The translations under genes and the position numbers were made by a program. Under the pieces are notes generated by a model, which searched no databases, was not told where the DNA came from, and was given only the letters and a program-made list of their open reading frames with translations. Shown here in pieces: positions 25,760 to 38,638 of a stretch of DNA of 64,000 nucleotides; the stretch's first letter is position 1; each line of letters opens with the position of its first letter. This stretch comes from Macrostomum hystrix. Its lineage: Eukaryota > Animalia > Platyhelminthes. The stretch is taken from assembly GCA_950097015.1 (NCBI GenBank), contig CATNEN010000003.1, forward strand, positions 6,510,001 to 6,574,000, in the 5' to 3' direction.

Positions 25760-28700
25760 TTAGAGACTGTTGAGATTGTTGAGAACGCTGAGAGTCGTCA
25801 ATAGTGTTTAGACTTTCCTGACTACCAGCCTTGTTTAAGGTGCCGTGACTTGCTGATCGATGCATGCCGTTGTTTGATGACTCGGTCTGGTGTAGTTGCG
25901 GTAGATTTTAGTGGGTCAGGTTGAGTCAGGTTGAGTCAGGTTGAGTCAGGTGGGTCAGGTTGAGTCAGATGGGTCAGGTTGAGTCAAGTGGGTCAGGTTG
26001 AGTCAGGTTGAGTCAGGTTGAGTCAGGTGGGTCAGGTTGAGTCAGGTGGGTCAGGTTGAGTCAGGTGGGTCAGGTTGAGTCAGGTGGGTCAGGTTGAGTC
26101 AGGTGGGTCAGGTGGGTCAGGTTGAGTCAGGTGGGTCAGGTTGAGTCAGGTGGGTCAGGTGGGTCAGGTTGAGTCAGGTGGGTCAGGTTGAGTCAGGTGG
26201 GTCAGGTTGAGTCAGGAAGGTCATTTTGAGCCACACAGGTCATCTTAATAAAGGGTATTAAGAAAAACAAAAATCTCACGAAAATCGGCGGCTTATGTCG
26301 ATCTCTCTGTTGCAGCGATGCTCTCGGCTTCCTTGGCGAGGGCGGATTCTGCTGCTGATGCTGCTGCTGACTGCCCTGATAGCTGAAACTGCGCTGAAAA
26401 ACTGGATGTTGCGGCTGCGGCTGCTGAGGCGGATGAGGCTGCTGCTGCTGCTGTTGCTGTGGCTTCTGATTCTTCTGCTTTTGCCACTCCTCCAACCAGA
26501 CAGCTTCAGCGTTATCCAGCAGCATGGACGGTCCCGGGTCAGTTCCGCCGCTATTGTCCTCCGTTGCCATAGCAACCGCTAGAAAGGTGTCGACCAGATC
26601 GAGAAACGCCGGTTCTAATTCATGCTGCCGGCAGCCAATGGGAGGCAACTCAAATGGCGGCGTTGGCCATTGAAATTTGTCATCTTTAGTTGTCATAGCA
26701 ACGAAATCATTGTCGCTCTCAGCAGCTTGACTTGCCGGCTGTTGCCTGCGTCTTAGACGATAATAGTCGGCGAGGGTCTTTGTGGCTGATTGGTTCCCGT
26801 CAACCATGGCGGCCGTTTCATCGCAGTCGTCGTTTTCAGAATCAGCCGGCGAGCTCAGTTGTAAGCGGCTCCAATCTTCGTCGACCAGACGATCGAGGCG
26901 CAGCTGAGCGACACCGGCTAGACTGCCGGCTAAGCTGGCTAGAAGATCGGCGAGTTGCCTGTAAAATGTTTTTTTAAGGGGCCATCCCTGTTGTCAACGC
27001 GCTATATTTGAAATACCCCACCGCCTACCTTACGATAGCTCCAGAATCAAATGACCGATTTTCGTGAAAGTCCACCACATGGATCAAAATTTTCCGTCAT
27101 TTACAATAATAAAATAATAATAATAATAATAAAAATAATTGCAGTAGGGCTGCGGGCAATAGCACATCAACTTTATGATACTAGACCCGCAGCCAGCGAG
27201 GAGGCAATTCTGCCCATTTCGCTGACTCCTGAGCACACACGCACACAGATACTGTACGCAGGCACACGCTTACACAGGTTGTGTACATCTGCCCTGACTT
27301 TCTCATCGTCAGGCAGTGTACACTCTCACTGTGCCTTGGAGGTTGGCCCACAATGGTGTAAATTGCACGACAAGCCCCCAAGCCTTATCTCCGCGGCTGC
27401 GCCCCAAATAAATGTGGCCTCGCCGTGGAATCGAACTTAGGGACCTTGGTGCGAGAGGCAAACCCGTTGACATTCTTCAAATAAACTTCTACGAGTATGT
27501 CGAATCTAAATTAATAATTTAATCAATCAAAGCCGAAATGATTAAATGATGAATTTTTTTAGCAGAGAAATATGCCCATCTTTTCGGTTCTTGCCAACAG
27601 ATACCCGCGACCAGAATCGTTGAATATCTTGACGATGTCATTCAACGTCAATGATTCTGATTCAATGATTTCATGATTCTGAAAGTTGTTTCATCGGATA
27701 AAGAGGCAAATTTTAGCCCCTGTTGTGGGTTGGTTGAACATCTTGAGAGATACAGGAAAAAAACGGCCGTAAAAATGAAATAAAAAACATCGATAAAAAA
27801 TCTTACCGATCCTGAGGCAAGTCAGCAGCCAAAGCCAGCAATAGGCAGTGCAGACTGTGCCAGTCTGTAAACAATTTCCATTTGGCCAACGGTACAAGAT
27901 GTAAGGCCCATGCCAGACAGTCAGCTGACTTTCTCATCCATCGTTCGTCGACAGCACTGTCTGGTCCATTGTCGGCAGTCAAGGCCAGAGTCACTCGCTC
28001 CCTAGCCAGTGCGGACAGTCGGTCTCGACAGTGCAACGCCCACAGGCAGCTGACAAGATCCCGCATTGACGCCACACAGGAGATCATAGAAGCGCCAATC
28101 TCTATTGAATCTGTTGATCTTAGCACCTGAGCAAACATGCCGCCGCTTTGTTCCAGATGCTGACGCAACTCGGGCTGACCCAGGTGTCTACAAGCGTCCA
28201 ACAGGCTCTGACAGTATCGTCTGAAGATTGGAGTGAACGAATTTGACGCTCGCATTGTTAGTAGAAATAGACGAATTATGCGCCAAATCTTTTGACGCAG
28301 CAGGGCCTCAACAGTCGGACGAGAACCTGAACCCGGCGGCTGTGGACAATAGGCCGGAGGTGCGGGCAGGTAAATGTCGGCTGGCACTAGAACAGGAAGC
28401 TCGGCCACGGCCGCGTGTAGTTCGCGAATCAACCGCCGCAGAAAAGGTTCAACTAGGGCGGTATCTGTCACACAGCCGGCTAGAAAGCAGTCAGTCAGCG
28501 CTTGGAGTGCTTCTTTGTCTGATGTGGACGATCGAACTGGGGTCGGAAGGTACATGAGAGTGATCGATGTTTTTTAATAAAACAATACTGTGGAAAAAAT
28601 TAATTCGCTAAGCAAACCCATTGAGGAATGGCAGTGACAATCCATCAATGAGTGACAGGGACAATCCATCAATGAGTGGCAGTGACAATCTATCAATACA

Positions 28701-31700
28701 GACAGACTGACAGAGGAACCGAAATAATGACATAAGAAATCAACGAATGGTAAGGCTTGAAAACTCACCATCCTGTACTACCAGCCGATCGAACAGCACG
28801 TTCAATTTCTCAGTCAGAATCTGTTGAACAGACTTGAGGGTAGCTTCTTCGGACACTCGAATCGAGCTGCGAATGGTCAAATAAATAAAGTTAATAATTA
28901 AAACAGGGAAAGGTACAGCGGCAGCGAGTTAAGCACGTGATCTAAGGACTCACCAAGACAAAGCATCTCTCTGCTGTAATCCAATAGCCAACGACCTTAG
29001 ATAGGTTAATACGACAGCTGATTTCCAATCCGACAGCTGTGCAGTTACACCGATGGCTTCGTCTAGTAATCCGGATACCAGGTGCAGGTCGACGCACTTT
29101 TCAGCTGTCCAGCTGGCTTCTAGTCCATCGCGTCGAATCAGTTCAATGACGGTCGAATGAAGAAAAGGCATTCGATTTTTGTCCTCTGAGGATTTGAAGA
29201 TTTTAATAAATAATTGGAATTGTTATCATATTTTAGATTGTCTTAAAATAAATAAGATAAACTGAAAATTCATTTGTGTCGTTTAGTAGTACAACATCAG
29301 GATATTAAATCAACATTATACATTTGCTGTAATAAAGCTTACTTTAAGTAGTAAGGAGCAAAAACATTTTCTTAGATAATTATCAGTAGTACGACACAGA
29401 AACATAACTGACCGTTGCAATCGACGCCGCTATCATTATTCTCGTCATTGCTTCGATCAACCGGTTTTTCAGCCAACGGAGGCGGCAGCGGTGTTGGCAC
29501 ATGCGGCGGATTGACAAACAGCGGACAGTTAAGAAAGAAGGCCGCCATGAAACGGGCCATAGACTGTACAGGAGTTGACCGACGCCTCTGCAGCAGACTC
29601 AGCGTTGAATCTTCGACAGGCGAAGCAAAGAAAGGTTGCAGAAATAGAAACTGTTGATTCTGTTGCAAATCGCTGCTGCCATCGTTGTCGTTGTCGCTGC
29701 TGCCTAGTCCAGCCACTTGATGAATCAGGTCGAGGGCGTAGCGAAAATCTCCGCGAAGCATGGCCACATAGAGCAGGGAGTGCAGTAGCTGGGTGGCTGG
29801 CTTTGAGTGCAGCTTGCACCCTTGATTGGGTGGAAATGAAAGAAATTGATCAACTAGAAATTGTAACTCTAAGCTTTATCTCTAAATATTATTGTGGCAG
29901 TGTGCACTGCCTAACAATCAGAAAGTCAGGGCAGATCTACACACCCTGTGTGAGGGTGTGCCTTCGTACGGCATCCAAAAACGAGTCATTTGATGACTGT
30001 GCGTACGACTGTTATAAAATGATGTACCAGACTTTTTTAAATCACTCAGCTTCTTAAACAACTCACTTCTCGTAGCCAGTTCAGTTAGCTGTCGACGCCA
30101 TTCAACCATGGCCTCTTCGTCGCGTCCCTCCAACAGGTGCCTCTCGCCGCGTCCGATGGCTTGACCCTCGTGCTCGGGCAGGTAGGAACAGCTGGCTTGA
30201 ATAGCTGCCTGCACTGTGCACAAACTGCTTTCAACATCCTCGTCAATCACAGCTGTGGATCGATAGATCTTTGAAAAGAAGTCGTGCAATGTCAGACGAC
30301 TGGCTAATAGCATTTCATCAACTGAACCAATCACACAAGAGGCTCCGCTGCCAGCGTTTGGATTGCTGTTGTTATTGCTGACGCCGTCATTAACAGAGGC
30401 TGATCCAAGCTGTCTACACAGCCTAGCAGGTAGCCAAGCATTCGCAGCTGGTAGGTCGTGAATCGAACGCACAGGAGGTCTAGACCAAGCATACGTATCA
30501 GCCAGCGATTGAGCGGCTCGTTGTACAAAGCTGAAAGCAACAGCGCCGCCGTGAAGCACAGGTATGTATTCGCGCAGATGCGGACTAGCCACCAGGTAAG
30601 ATGTAAACTCTGCGTAGAATCTAGACAATGGATGGCATAAGCTGAAACAGGCCGAGTCGAACTGTGCAATTTCTAGCACTGTGCCAGTCAAACTATGCAA
30701 TTGTTCCAATACAAAGGCTAAGAAATCTTCCTGCGATAATTCGTCCGCTTCGTCTAGAGTTAGTACGAGATTGCTGGCCATGTGAAAGAAGCCTTCCAGA
30801 ACTAATTCTGCCAGGCGCTGCTTATGCCGACGAGGTTTGCCGCGCTCCGTCACCAGAAGACCCCATGCCGAAGTCAGGTAGAATAGAGCTTCGCGGAAGT
30901 AGGTTCCAGGATCTGTTTCATCGCCAAATAGGCTGTGCATACCGCTGTCACTTTGCTGCTGCGCTGGCTGCGACGCCTGCAACAACAGCTGCTGCTGCGG
31001 CGGCGGCAGCGGCGTCGGAGGCTGGGGCAGCCGAGTCTGCTGCTTTGGAGCTGTTGACGCACCTAAATGTGCGATCAATTGATCTATATTTTACATAGAT
31101 ATTCGTATTAAAAGGCCGGAAATCCACCCACAATAATAATAATAATAATAGTAATAAATAATTCCAGAAGGGTTGCGGCCAATGGCACATCATGTGGTGA
31201 CACTAGACCCGCAGACAGCGAGGAGGCAATTCTGCCTAATTCGCTGACTCCTGAGCACATATGCACACAAATATCGTACACACAGGTGTGTGAGCGTGTT
31301 CAGGCCCCATCTGCCCTGACTTCTCATCGTCAGGCAGTGTACACTCTCACTGTGCCTTGGAGCTTCGCCCCTTAAGGGCGTTAATTGCATGAAAAGCCCC
31401 CAAGCCTTCTCTCATCGGCTGCGCCCCAAATGAATGTGGCCTCGCTGCGGAATCGAGCTCAGGGACCTTGGTGCGAGAAGCACGTGTTAATCGCTTTGCA
31501 ACGACTCCCTCACAAGCCATGAACTCACCAGATGTAGAGCTGCGCTTAGGCTTGCCCTGGACAACATCATCGTCAGAGTCATCTTCCTCTTCATCATCGT
31601 CGTTGCCATCCTCTTCAGAGGCAGATGCCAGCTTTCTACTGCGATAATCATAATAATAGCTGCCCGTTCCATCGTCAGCTGTTTCATCATCGTCCTCGTC

Positions 31701-34700
31701 GAGTTCTTCTGCTTCCACTCCAGCCTGAAGCTGCGGAGGCTGCGGCTGCGGCTGCGGTTGAGCTGAAGCTCCTGGCTGTGGCGGCGGAGGTCTCGGCGAT
31801 GGCAGGGCCGACGCCGGCAGTCTGGGAGTTGCAGCGGCAGACCCGGCTCTGGAATTGTACAATGAGCCGCCGTTGCCAAAGCTGATGCGATACTGATCGC
31901 CGACTGGAGTCTGCTGTGAAGCCGAAACTGAATTCCTCGGCGTATCGCCGTCGTCAAAGGCGTCAACATCGGCGTCCAAATCGAAGCCGACGCCGCCGCT
32001 GCCGAAGCTCTCCCGATGCCACTCTCTGACGCGGCTCATCTGATCGCGCGAGAATCTCTGACAGGCGTGAAGGCGCGGCGTCAGCACCCCGGCTGGGTCC
32101 AGCTGCAGCTGGGACAGCACCTGCTGAGCGTGTGCCACCTGCTGGCGAACAACGCCGCTCAGGCCGGAGGAGCTAGATGGGAAGCGAAGCAACGAGACAG
32201 AATAGCCGTCGGTCATGGCGAATAGCGGATGCCGAGGATGAGCGGACACGGAATAGCGTTGAACACCGTGACGACCGGGTGAGCTGCAGTGAGGAGAGAC
32301 GAGGTTTTTTAAATACTGCAGCTGCCTAATCAATCCAGAGTCTATTATTGAAACCCACGAGCCATAAAGATATAGAAACTAATTGTAAAAAAACCTTATG
32401 TTGAAAAACGTATTGTGTCTTAAGAAATATTGGTCATATGAAGAAACCACCACATTTCTAAGAAATTCTAAGAACATAAATTTCATTCCCAGTGAATACA
32501 ACTATAATTTCTAAGAGCTGTGTTCAAGAAACGATGGATAAGACTTGATCCCTGGAGATAGCTCAGGGACTTTTCGTGCAATTTACGCTCTTGAGGGGCA
32601 ACCTTAAGGCTTAAGGCATACTGACGATGAGAAAGTCAGGGCAGATGTACACATCTGTGTGCGTGTGTGCTCAGGAGTCAGCGAAATGAGCAGAATTGCC
32701 TCCTCGCTGGCTGCGGGTCTAGTGTCATTAAGTTGATTTGCCATTGCCCGCAGCCCCGAAGCAATTACTAATTTTTGCTAACAAATGAAGGTGAACATTT
32801 TAAAGAAAGTAACGATAAAAAATCCTAAATAAACTAAGGACAAAATCGGTAAGAAATGAAAGCTCTATGAAATCCTTTGAAACTAAAGCGAAAAACAAAT
32901 CCTACCGAAGCGTGTTAACCGGATGCACTGGTAGAAACATTGCCGGGCCCAATTCCAGGCAGCCTTTGCAGGTCAGGGTAGCCGGCGAGCCCATTCTGGC
33001 ACAGGCGAAAGCGAAGCCCAAACCGGTGCAGCCAATCAGGAACAGGCCTCGACAGTCCCAGGCGAGATCGCGCACCCAGGCCGCAGGGGCCGCACCGGCG
33101 CCGGCTCCGACACCGAGCACGTCCTCGTCGGACAATCCGATGTCTTTCAATAGTTGCACATAGCGATTGCTGCCGCTGCCGCTGCCGCCGCCGCCGCCAG
33201 AGGGACGCTGATTGCGTCCGCAGTGGTCAACAACGCCGAGGCCCATTAGAGAGGAGTGGGTGGCGCAACCGAGCAAAACGTCAACGTAGACCAGACAAGC
33301 CGCCTCTGCAGCTCTCTGATTGACGCATACTACTAATAGCGGCTGGTTTGGACAAAATCGAACCAGTAGAGAGCCGCGAACGTGTTCTACAACAGCTTTT
33401 GAGCCGAATAGATCGGCCGGATATCCGGTGTTGATCCAGGTTGACACCAGCTCACCAGGCGGCCCACCGACGCCGCCTCCGCCGACGCCAGAGCGGCCAA
33501 CAATCCATCTGGACAAATTTGTGGCAACTAGCAAACGATTGTCGTGATAGAAACAGTAGCTCACTAGGACGCAAGGGCCGAGATACTGCGGGGAGTTTGT
33601 TTGTTGGAGTATGCTTTGTATTAAATGTATAACTTGTGTTTGTAGCTTAGCGCCCGCATTACTCCTTCATAACTAACTTCATTCCTAACCCAATAGCACC
33701 CACCTCACTCTTTCACATTTCACTTCATTCCTACCCAATAAGAATTGATCTCACTCCTAAACTCCTAGCTTCCTTCCTAACCCAATACCACCCACCTCAC
33801 TCCTTCATATTTAGTGTCATTCCTACCCCAGTAACATTTACATCACTACTTCCCATTTAGAGCCTTTATTCCTACCCCATTAGCACCAGCCTCACTCCTT
33901 AACACCTAGATTCCTTCCTAACCCGATACCACCCACCTCATTCCTTCATATCTAGCTTTATTCCTAACCAAGTAGCATTTACCTCACTCCTTCACATCTA
34001 GCTTCAGTCCTAACCCGGTAGCACCCACCTCACTCCTTCACATTTGGCTTTATTCCTACCCTAGTAGCACCAACCTCACTCCTTAACACCTAGCTACATT
34101 CCTAACCCGATACCACCCACATCGCTCCATGACATCTAGCTTCAATCCTAACCCAGTAGCACCCACCTCAATCCTTTAAATTTTGATATATTCCTACCCC
34201 AGTAGCACCCACCTCACTCCTTCACACCTAGCATCTTTCAAGTCCAGTAGCGCACATCTCCCTCGCTAAATTGAAAACACTAATTCTGACATTTCTCAGC
34301 AATTAATTGACAAAAGAGCGCATCCTATACAGTTCTCAGTTATTCTCACCTTGTCCACAAAGTATCCAACATCAACGCAGACTTCGCAATTCTCATCCGG
34401 ATCAGGTACCGGCGTATCGAAATCCCATCTAAGCTTGAACCAACGTCCAGTTGGATTTCCAAGAGTTGCATCAGTCGTGTCTGTGCACGCTCGCTCCCAT
34501 AGGTAAATATCTGTTACTTCTAGAATTAATACAATCGCGCTAATATCCTTGGCAACAAACAATACTGGAGGATTTCGCTTTGAGAGATCTGTTAATTGGG
34601 AAAAATGTGTTCATACTTGAAACGATATATAAATTAACACGAACACTTATTAATAGGAAAATATTTAACTTACTCTCTAAAGAATTGTAATGAGAAGAGT

Positions 34701-35324
34701 CCAATGGGCCCGGAATGACGTGTACAGCGTTAGAGTCCCGGCGATAAATAACTATCTGACCATTGCTGCAGAATGAGGCCAGATATTCGCCTACAAAAGA
34801 AGGAAACGTGTACAAGATCAGAAAAATCGTCTCATTATAATACATATAATAAAATTGTGGGGAAGTCCCCAAATTAAGGAAACAGGAAACAAAATTTCAT
34901 TGATAAGTTATAGGATTTTACAATTCTTTTCTACACAAGAATCCGAAATAAGTAAGGGCAGCCCCTGTTTTCCCAAAATGAGCTTAAGAAATCTGAAGTG
35001 CAGCGATTTCCTACCTTGAGCAAATGTGTTCAATGCAAGATTTTCACTCTTGTAGAAGGCGCCAAAGTTCTTCTTTTTCTTTTTAGTCTTGCCAGTTGGC
35101 AGTGTCAGAGTGGCAATCTCATCCTTGTTCAGACAGAACAGTCCCTCTTTCTCCTAGAAGTTTGGTTTTGAATAAGTTTGTTTTATTACTAAAAGTAGAA
35201 TGTTAGCACTGGTCAGAACAAAATTACAATTTTAAACACCTACCCTGCCTAGCCATTGGAGATTGGAGCAGAGCGACTTCTTCTTCACGGGACAAGAGGA
35301 GACTGCATCCAGACAGAGTTCCAT
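17885..35324 (-). CDS. CPLANE1: CPLANE1/JBTS17 (C5orf42) orthologue, about 20 exons. Approximate exons: 35324-35244, 35153-35015, 34790-34674, 34588-34350, 33585-32906, 32283-31529, 31062-~30040, 29820-29413, 29185-28954, 28866-28769, 28536-27807, 26958-26280, 25886-25188, 24828-~24445, ~23431-23130, 22601-~21431, ~20850-20291, ~19820-19554, 19468-19367, 19206-18328, possibly 17910-17885
   Basis: Spliced N-terminus MELCLDAVSSCPVKKKSLCSNLQWLGR|EKEGLFCL parallels human MEIRLEIL..SWLGKEKEAVFLL. WVRDLAWDCRGLFL..GCLELGPAMFLPVHP matches WVGDISWTHDSLFL..GCSIEFGPAEFIPLHP; QRYSVSAHPRHPLFAMTDGYSVSLLRF matches QRFSIKAHSRLPYLVISDGYMVTTLRF. C-terminal Joubert-domain-like RTPDDRAQLRDWMEQRRREQL..EARPY. GT-AG phases checked for most junctions; boundaries marked ~ are uncertain. 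Confidence 0.85.
17930..18262. repeat. 17-bp GAGATGAGACAC-family minisatellite inside the probable last CPLANE1 intron
   Basis: Directly visible. Confidence 0.9.
19868..20246. repeat. 60-bp minisatellite in a CPLANE1 intron
   Basis: Unit AGCGGCAGGAACACCCACCACCCCAAACTGGCCATAAAACCCCCTCACTC..; overlapping ORFs show a 20-aa period. Confidence 0.95.
20950..21200 (-). mobile_element. SINE family B (CORE-type), internally deleted copy
   Basis: Reverse complement matches 46230-46490 (GTTCGATTCC B-box, CATTGCTTCAGTTCACCCAGCTG, CAGTCCATGGACTGAACAG). Confidence 0.8.
22730..23108. repeat. 24-bp minisatellite (ATGATCTGGTCATAAAGTAACGGA)n
   Basis: Directly visible; intronic. Confidence 0.9.
23928..24415. 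repeat. ~34-bp minisatellite (ACTAATTAGACTGCAATTACAGACACCAATATCAC)n
   Basis: Directly visible; intronic. Confidence 0.9.
24885..25162. repeat. 14-bp minisatellite (AGACAGACAGTCAA)n
   Basis: Directly visible; intronic. Confidence 0.9.
25912..26216. repeat. 9-10-bp array (TGAGTCAGGT / GGGTCAGGT)n
   Basis: Directly visible; intronic. Confidence 0.9.
27105..27472 (-). mobile_element. SINE family A, near full length
   Basis: On the minus strand: tRNA-like head with B-box GTTCGATTCC (27435-27445 region), shared body, (TTA)n tail at 27105-27138. Confidence 0.85.
29893..29975 (+). mobile_element. SINE family A fragment
   Basis: CACTGCCTAACAATCAGAAAGTCAGGGCAGATCTACACAC matches the family body. Confidence 0.65.
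31131..31510 (-). mobile_element. SINE family A, full length
   Basis: Minus-strand tRNA-like head GGGAGTCGTTGCAAAGCG..AGGTCCCTGAGCTCGATTCC, body, (TTA)n tail; lies in CPLANE1 intron 31063-31528. Confidence 0.85.
32545..32772 (+). mobile_element. SINE family A, degenerate 5' part
   Basis: CTGACGATGAGAAAGTCAGGGCAG...GCCTCCTCGCTGGCTGCGGGTCTAG...CCATTGCCCGCAGCCC. Confidence 0.8.
33655..34262. repeat. Degenerate ~48-bp minisatellite (TTCCTAACCCAGTAGCACCCACCTCACTCCTTCACATCTAGCTT..)n
   Basis: Visible but diverged; intronic. Confidence 0.8.
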
Positions 35325-38300
35325 AGGACTCTACTGGATTTTTCTGTCGACTATACCTGCAAGCAGATTGTAATCCAATAATAAAATTTATTAATTGACT
35401 TGACTCAAAAGAACTGACTTAACAAAATTATCAGAAACTGTCTATAAATCACTAAGTTAATCACTAAGCAGTCTATTTTACCACTAAGCTTCTATATCAA
35501 AATGGTCACTTAAAAAGGCCATAAAAAGCAAAAAGAAAGATTTTTTAGTAATTGTGATAATATTAATTTTGCATGATTCAAAATTTCTTGCAAAAGAATA
35601 GACCTTTCATGTAAAGCATCATTTTTTTCCACTAAATCCCAAGCTTAGACCTGGGCTTTTACTAGGTTTAATGTCTGAAAAGGAAATTCTGATGTCTCCA
35701 AAATATTGCAATGCTTATTTTAGTTTTATGCCTCACATTTTACAACCAGGCTTATAATTAATTTAATTCTTTACAGCACAAAATGTTCAACAGCCAATTA
35801 AGTAATCAGGGCTTTATATTTTTTGGCCATTCTGATGTGGACCCTATTACTAAATATTGAAAATACTGATAAAAGTTAGATGTTGACTGCACCCAAAGTT
35901 TAAAATTTTATTGAAAGTTGTCAATGCAAATTAAAACATAATTAATTATTAAGTATATATATTAATATCCTTATAAATCAAATAGTTCATACACAATAGC
36001 GAGTTGCTCAATTATTTATGACGAGCAGGACTCAAGACATAATTTTTTATATACACAATTCATTATGAATTTATATCATTATTTAACTACTTAACTTACT
36101 TAACTTTAATTACTAATGAGTTGAGGTGAGTTACAATTTCTAAGTTAGGCTACAAAATATAACAAATAGGGGGCTTATAATAATTCAAAGACCCAACTAA
36201 ACAATGAAGTAAAGTAAGCTATTTTTTTAATAAAGCAGCAAAACGACATAAAAAAGAGAAACCTAGAATTGCATCAAAGGGTACAACGCAACACTTAGGC
36301 GTATTTCTATACTGTTAAACACTGAACCGCGGTCTAACGGAATTTATTAAAAGGATAATAGTACGGATAAATTCAACCCAAAAATTCACATTGAACTGTA
36401 ATGAAGCAATTCTTACTGCAAAACTATTCAAGCATAAGATTATTATTAAACAAAAAAATGTTTTAAAAACAAATAAATACAATAATATATCTTCTGATAT
36501 CGCATAGTACAGCGCATTATATAAAATTAGATATAAATGACATAATATAACGGGTTTTATGTCTTATGCGTACGACATACAAAAACGTTTTCTAGAACTT
36601 AAATGGTTGGCAATGTTTTGACAAATACGAGTATAGGCCTGGCTAGGCCATTAAATTGGAATAGGGATCGAAACGAATGAAAAATCACAATAAACTCTTC
36701 TTATTCGCTGATTAGCAGGTATATGCGCTATTTAATAGTTAATGAAATTCAACTATTGTCATTGACATCTTTAATAATTAATAACATGTTCATACTAGAG
36801 TTATAAGTTATACTGACCTATTCTATCAAATAACTAAGTCTGCTTGGCTTATCTAAGGTAAATCTAGCTAGTATTAATAATATGGGACCTACTAAAAAAG
36901 GAAAGACTATGGATCAATTGTTAAGAAATAAAGGCATTAGCTAAATTACCTAAATATTGATGTCTTATGTACACCCCTGATGTCTAGGCCCCTATTAGTT
37001 AATAGTTATGCCGAAACTAGGCCTATATTATATTTTTAAGCTTATCTAGTGTCTAGTGACTAGGCCTAGTCCTTGTTGGTAATGAGCTATATAGAACTGA
37101 ACTAGTATGCTAGGTCCTATTTATTTAGCTAACAGGCAATGAAAATTAAATTCTCATAAGGCCTACATATATACCTAATGTATCTACAACTTACAACTTT
37201 TTACAAGTAGTCTAATACTAGCATTAAACCATAGAATGTACTAGGCCTAATTACATATTTTTGTATAACTTAGAAGCTATTTCTTTGATTATAGCTTGGC
37301 TGGAATAAATGATGCTGTTACTGATTCCTAAATCCCAATCCAGTATTTTCTTTGGCTTAGGCAATGACTTGCCTCTTAAGCCTAGCTTTCCATATTGCCT
37401 AGTTCGGCTTAAATTTACTTTTGCTTGCAGAATTATTTTCTTCTTTTAAACTATTGAACGATGAAGTGGATAATGTCAATTGGTAACACAACTGGGAGGA
37501 AACATTTTTATACGGCACTGAGTATTGCTTAGTTCAGTTCAATATAGTCCTGGCTGTCTCAGATTACTAAACTGGGTAATAATGACGAATCCAGTACAGA
37601 ATGCTGCCAAAAGCCTTGGCAAGCCCCGGGTGAAGGTCTTGGGGGGCTGTCTAGCCATTTGCAAATCAGAAGAGTCTCAAAGTCTCTAAAATCCAAACTA
37701 TAGTTAGGGCTCAATAAAACTCACCCAATATTTGTGCCCCAAACAACTCTATGTGGCTACTATGGGCCATAGACAACTCCCATTTGTCATTCCATGTCAT
37801 TGGCACCATTTTAAAAGAGGAAAATAATTTTGCAAATGAATGTAAATTTGTGCCCCTAGTTCTCTTAGTCTTGGGTTGGCCTAATAAAAGTTTGCATAGT
37901 AGAAAAGACTGGACTTACAACCTAAAACCAATTGGTGGGCTATGGCCTAGCTATGCCAGCTAGATAATTGTGGACTAGGCCTCTTAAACTCCTGACTTTA
38001 GCTTGGCTAGGCTTTTTGCCAAATTTTGGAAGTAAAGGATAATATAAGGTTGTACTTAAAGTCCTAGGTTCCAAGTAAACATAGGATTTGACTTGAAAGT
38101 TTTTGAGCAAGAAATGAACATATTTTGTTTTTTAGTTTAGCCTTGCTAGCCATTTTGCAATAAGGCCTAAACAATTATTTAACTACAGTTGCTTTAATGA
38201 CAAAAAGTATAGTATAGCCTAGGCCTACCCTAGCCATATGATGGTCAATTAACTCATTCCTACCAAATTTCCAATAAATTCCAATTCTAAAATGAGAATC

Positions 38301-38395
38301 AGTAGGAAAAGCAGAGAATATTTGTAACTTGTAACAATTAAATGCTCTTAGAAATTACACCAGTGAAGTCTCATTTCAATAATAATAATCCACAA

Positions 38396-38638
38396 CATAC
38401 ATGCGCAACCCCCGGCCGAACCAGCCAGGTGAAACAAGGGCCAAGCAAGGTAAGTCACAAAAACCAATTAACCAAGCAAAAAAAATGAAAGGGGGGACCA
38501 AGGGATAAAAAAGGAAGGCATGAAGAAGAGGAAAAAGGGGAGAGATAAAAATAGAGCAAATGAGAGCAAACTAAGTTGTAAATAGAGCAAAAACTAAGTT
38601 GCACGGCCAGCTAAGATTTGGGAGGTTGCACATGTATG
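38396..38638. mobile_element. 243-bp non-autonomous hAT-type MITE
   Basis: TIRs CATACATGCGCAACCCCC / GGAGGTTGCACATGTATG (16/18 match); perfect 8-bp TSD ATCCACAA at 38388-38395 and 38639-38646. Confidence 0.85.

Noticed and set aside
27560-27745. Extra CPLANE1 exon
   Set aside because: Frames compatible with the phase-2 donor at 27807 hit stops, whereas 27807 joins 26958 in frame
32621-32700. Hammerhead ribozyme (CTGACGA ... GAAA) in SINE A
   Set aside because: Stems I and III cannot be formed around a UH site; CTGAC pairs with GTCAG in a simple hairpin instead
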